From Selaginella moellendorffii (Eukaryota > Plantae > Lycopodiophyta): a stretch of 64,000 bases of DNA. This document shows, piece by piece, positions 60,568 to 64,000 of this stretch (position 1 is the stretch's first letter; every line of letters begins with the position of its first letter). Under the pieces are notes generated by a model. It was not told the origin of the DNA, searched no databases, and saw nothing but the letters and a program-made list of their open reading frames with translations. The position numbers and the translations under genes are program-made. The stretch is taken from contig NW_003314264.1 in assembly GCF_000143415.4 (NCBI RefSeq), forward strand, positions 1,214,584-1,278,583, in the 5' to 3' direction.

Positions 60568-63500
60568 ATGGATGCCTCTTCATCTAGAAAGCGTGGGCGA
60601 GAGCCGGATGAAGAGGAGGAGAGAAAGCGACTTAAAAGAGGTGAGATTGCTCATATGAGCTTTCATCTGGAGTCGGCGCTTGCGGAAATTGCAGACCTTG
60701 AATGTAAATTGTGGGAAGCCGGGGAGGATGCCGAACTAAAGGAGCAGATAGCCTCAGAGAAAGTGCGGGCGAGTCAACTCCAGGAGGATATGTCGAAACT
60801 GGAACGCGAGCTCTCTGAAATCCTCCAGCCGCCACCTGAATACTGGAAAAGAGTGGAGGGTATTGCCGAATCAGCATTTGCGCAGGAGTACCAAAGAGTT
60901 GGGGGATTAGACAACGTGGAGTCGTTGCGTGAGAAGCTGGAAGAAACAGGAGAGGACTGGAAGACGAAGAAAACCATGATAGCACCTGTTGTCACGTTAG
61001 TTCAGTCGAGTGGCTGGGGAAAGTCGAGGACTACCTGCGAGCTTGCGAATTTAGGTGTGTTCGTCATCTACTGCTCATTCGCCTCATCTGGCACCGCGTA
61101 CCCTCCAAGGTCTGCCTTTGCGGACTTCTTCTACACAAACGCCGTCAAATTGCTCAGCTCGGGTTCTACGCTTTTGTCGCAGAGCAGGTTCATGCTCTTC
61201 TGCATTGACTACTTTGTGTCATGCATCGAGGCTCTTCTGCATCTGACTTCCGGGGAGGACCCCATGGATGCCAAGAAGTTCTTGAACGATCTCATGGTTG
61301 GGAAGAACTTTTGGGACGTGGTACAGGCGAAGATGGAGATAGGAAACAAAGCCCGGGAGGAGTTTGCTAATCGCCTTGACGTCGACCTGAAAGAGAAGCC
61401 TGGCGAGAAAAGCAATATGTGGGGCATCTGGGAAAGTAAGGTGTTTAAGAAGTACAACACGCTTGAAGGTCTACTGTCGAATGTTCCAGCTCCTGCCAAA
61501 GGAAAACTGAAGGTCCTGTTTGTCATGGACGAAGCCCGATGGTTTACTTCGCATGCTGATCCGACAACTGTTGCTGCATTTGTTCCTGCAAGGAGGGCTT
61601 CCAGAGTGTTGCCTGAAAATGGAAGTGTGTCGGTGATGTTCACCGACACAGACGGGAGGCTAAACAGTTTTGCGCCGCCCAATAAGGCATCCGGTTTAGG
61701 GTTTAGTAGCGATCGAGTGGCTGCGGCGGGAAAGCTAGTTGCACATCCAGCGTACTGCTTTTTCTTGGCAGACTTGCCATCGGACGAACAAACAGGTGGC
61801 CTTCTGCTTGCTCAAGTTGAAGATCTGGGTCGTCTTTGCGGCTATGGTCGGCCACTGTGGCAAGCATTGGTGAAGGCTTCCGCAAGTGCACGTGACGTGC
61901 TGCTTTTGGCTGTAGATAAGCTCCTGGGTGGCACTGGTTCGTTCGACAAGTGTATGCTTGAAAGAGGAGGTCTATCACATGAGGCTTGTCTGGCTACACT
62001 GGGCTGCAGAGTATGCATTGACATCAATCCGCATGCCACAATTATCACTGATATGGTTGCAAGTCACCTACTTAGCGTGATGTCCATTTCTGATGACCGG
62101 ACTCTTGTTTGGACGCATTGGGCTACGGAGCCACTGGTTGCAGCGGCTGCAGCACAGGTTTTGCGTGCACAAGGGAAGGTTGGGACAGGGTGGAAGGAGT
62201 GCTTGGAGGCACTTGTAACTGGGATGAAGCGTGGATGGGTTGATCGAGGTTACAGGGGCGAGTTGGTTGCACGGGTGCTGCTCCTACTTGCAGTGGATAG
62301 TCTAGGCAGAAATTCATGGAAGTGCTTTACTTTTGACGAGCTTTGCCGTGGCTTAAGTGGGAAGTCGCTGTCCGATCTTATTAGAGAAGGTGAGCAGAAT
62401 TCAGCATCTCCGACCCCCAAAGCTCCAGATGGTGGAGGAGAAGTGCAGGTCGAAGTAAACATGCCACCACCTCCGGCCTCGGCTTTGAAGCGTAGGAGAA
62501 GGGTTAAAGGAAACAAAAAAATTCCGGGTCAGCCGCAGGTGGCTTCAGCGTCCCTGTCCAAAGCTCCAGGAGAAAACGCGCAGGTCAAAGTAAAGACGCC
62601 GCCACCTGAGGTGAAGTTGCCATCTCCAACGCTGACGGCCTCGAAAGCTCCAGGTGGAAGTACGCACACTGCTGAAGGTGAAGGGGAAACAAAACAAGCA
62701 GGTGGCTCTATAGATGGAAGTGGTAAAGAAGAAATCCACAGAAACATGGGTGAAGCCAAGTTTTTTTGCTTGCTATTCAGGAAAACCGACTTCCGACTGC
62801 AGGAGCTCACCGCAAAAGATTTGCTTGAATTTGGAAAGGCTGGCGTAGGAATCATTTGCTGTGAAAATGAATGGGGCATAGACATCGTCATCGTTGGGTT
62901 CTTTGGTGACACGTTTAGCCTGGAGACGATGACACTCATTTTGGTGCAGGTGAAACACACAGAGAAACATGATGTTGATTTAGCATGTGCTAAATGCTCT
63001 CCGGAGTTTTCTCAGATGTTCAGTAGCAGTGCAGGGCCTCAAGGTTGGACTGGGTTGAAGGTGCCATATGCCCGTCTGGTTTTGAATGTGGCCCATGTGC
63101 CTTCCAGCAGTGTTCGTTACAGAACTAGGAAACTTGTCGCAGAGGCATTGCTGAAGAAGAAGCCTACAAATCATTCCATGGCAATGGCTCTCCATGATGC
63201 TCATCTGGAATGCAAAGGCCTTCAGGAATGGACAAAAGGCTATGATGGGGATAGATCACACCCGGTATTCAAGTCATGGGAACGGTATTTTGCTTCAGAT
63301 GATCGTCTCCAACACATTGTGGTTATTGAAGGTACGTTTGTGCTGTTTCATTTTCAATCACTTGATGTTATCTTTTGCACTCCAGGTTTGGATGCATTCT
63401 CATCCAAGGACGAAGTGAAAGACCTGGTCGACATCTCTCTGGATTCTACTGCAGACATGAGGAAACTAGAACAAGTTCAGAAGACGTATGCACATAGAAT

Positions 63501-63573
63501 GTTCGGATGGGTTAAGAACACAGTAATGCGCAAGTGTTTGGAGCCAAAGCTCAGTGTGAAAAAGAGTAAGTAA
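60568..63573 (+). CDS. Crinkler/RHS-like (CR) protein: coiled-coil header, P-loop NTPase and C-terminal PD-(D/E)xK nuclease
   Basis: Walker A LVQSSGWGKSR; Walker B VLFVMDEAR; YGRPLW; EPLVAAAA; VDRGYRGELVARVLLL; nuclease-like NEWGIDIVI...ILVQVK; NLS-like RKRGR...RKRLKR. Probable in-frame 54-nt intron 63332-63385 and a last intron from about 63566. Confidence 0.8.
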   Translation: MDASSSRKRGREPDEEEERKRLKRGEIAHMSFHLESALAEIADLECKLWEAGEDAELKEQIASEKVRASQLQEDMSKLERELSEILQPPPEYWKRVEGIAESAFAQEYQRVGGLDNVESLREKLEETGEDWKTKKTMIAPVVTLVQSSGWGKSRTTCELANLGVFVIYCSFASSGTAYPPRSAFADFFYTNAVKLLSSGSTLLSQSRFMLFCIDYFVSCIEALLHLTSGEDPMDAKKFLNDLMVGKNFWDVVQAKMEIGNKAREEFANRLDVDLKEKPGEKSNMWGIWESKVFKKYNTLEGLLSNVPAPAKGKLKVLFVMDEARWFTSHADPTTVAAFVPARRASRVLPENGSVSVMFTDTDGRLNSFAPPNKASGLGFSSDRVAAAGKLVAHPAYCFFLADLPSDEQTGGLLLAQVEDLGRLCGYGRPLWQALVKASASARDVLLLAVDKLLGGTGSFDKCMLERGGLSHEACLATLGCRVCIDINPHATIITDMVASHLLSVMSISDDRTLVWTHWATEPLVAAAAAQVLRAQGKVGTGWKECLEALVTGMKRGWVDRGYRGELVARVLLLLAVDSLGRNSWKCFTFDELCRGLSGKSLSDLIREGEQNSASPTPKAPDGGGEVQVEVNMPPPPASALKRRRRVKGNKKIPGQPQVASASLSKAPGENAQVKVKTPPPEVKLPSPTLTASKAPGGSTHTAEGEGETKQAGGSIDGSGKEEIHRNMGEAKFFCLLFRKTDFRLQELTAKDLLEFGKAGVGIICCENEWGIDIVIVGFFGDTFSLETMTLILVQVKHTEKHDVDLACAKCSPEFSQMFSSSAGPQGWTGLKVPYARLVLNVAHVPSSSVRYRTRKLVAEALLKKKPTNHSMAMALHDAHLECKGLQEWTKGYDGDRSHPVFKSWERYFASDDRLQHIVVIEGTFVLFHFQSLDVIFCTPGLDAFSSKDEVKDLVDISLDSTADMRKLEQVQKTYAHRMFGWVKNTVMRKCLEPKLSVKKSK

Positions 63574-64000
63574 AATTGAGATTTTTTTTGAGAAATAATC
63601 TGAATTTTTTTCTCCATTGCAGAGGTGCAGATGGAATTATCTTAGGTGGTGAGATTTAAGGACTTTCTAGATTCTAGAATCAAGAGCATAATTATTAAAA
63701 CTGAAAGATTCCTTTTCTATTTTTTTGCATGTGGTATGTTGTATTATTCAGGTTTCTTATGGTTTATGTTTAGGCACTAAGTTCCATTAATTTATAATTC
63801 GTGTTAGGGCTGTTTATAGTCCTATCATTTCACTGTAATGTATAAATTTTTTCTTTCTAATTTGTGTATTAAAAGGGTTTTAGTCCGACTTTATTGATTG
63901 GTTATGGGAATCATACTATATATTAATTGACATTTGGCAAGTTTAATTTGCTCCCACTGGGCTCGAAAGTGTTAAAATAATGAAGTTCTTGGAAGAGTTG

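Overview
Gene-dense plant nuclear DNA with very short (about 45-75 nt) GT-AG introns and tiny intergenic spacers. This style suggests a compact lycophyte genome such as Selaginella (inference, not verified). About 7-41 kb is a run of housekeeping genes: U-box/ARM E3 ligase, NodH-like sulfotransferase, non-phosphorylating GAPDH, RCC1/RUG3-like protein, GPI-type nsLTP, tRNA-Leu(CAA), actin, D-lactate dehydrogenase, PLS-class PPR, myosin-binding DUF593 protein, biotin synthase, ABC1 kinase, MAP65 and organellar lysyl-tRNA synthetase. Both ends carry Crinkler/RHS-like P-loop NTPase + PD-(D/E)xK nuclease genes. About 41-48 kb is a mosaic of pseudogenes, inverted fragments of neighbouring genes and a Merlin/IS1595-like transposase remnant. 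About 48.5-60.2 kb is a nest of Ty3/gypsy chromoviruses. The most notable observation is a young, complete chromovirus (48907-56450, TTCAT target-site duplication, near-identical LTRs) whose integrase is split by two host-sized GT-AG introns (46 and 52 nt). One intron lies just before the catalytic Glu, implying splicing-dependent integrase expression in an element that must have replicated through unspliced RNA. Exon boundaries and counts were read by eye.
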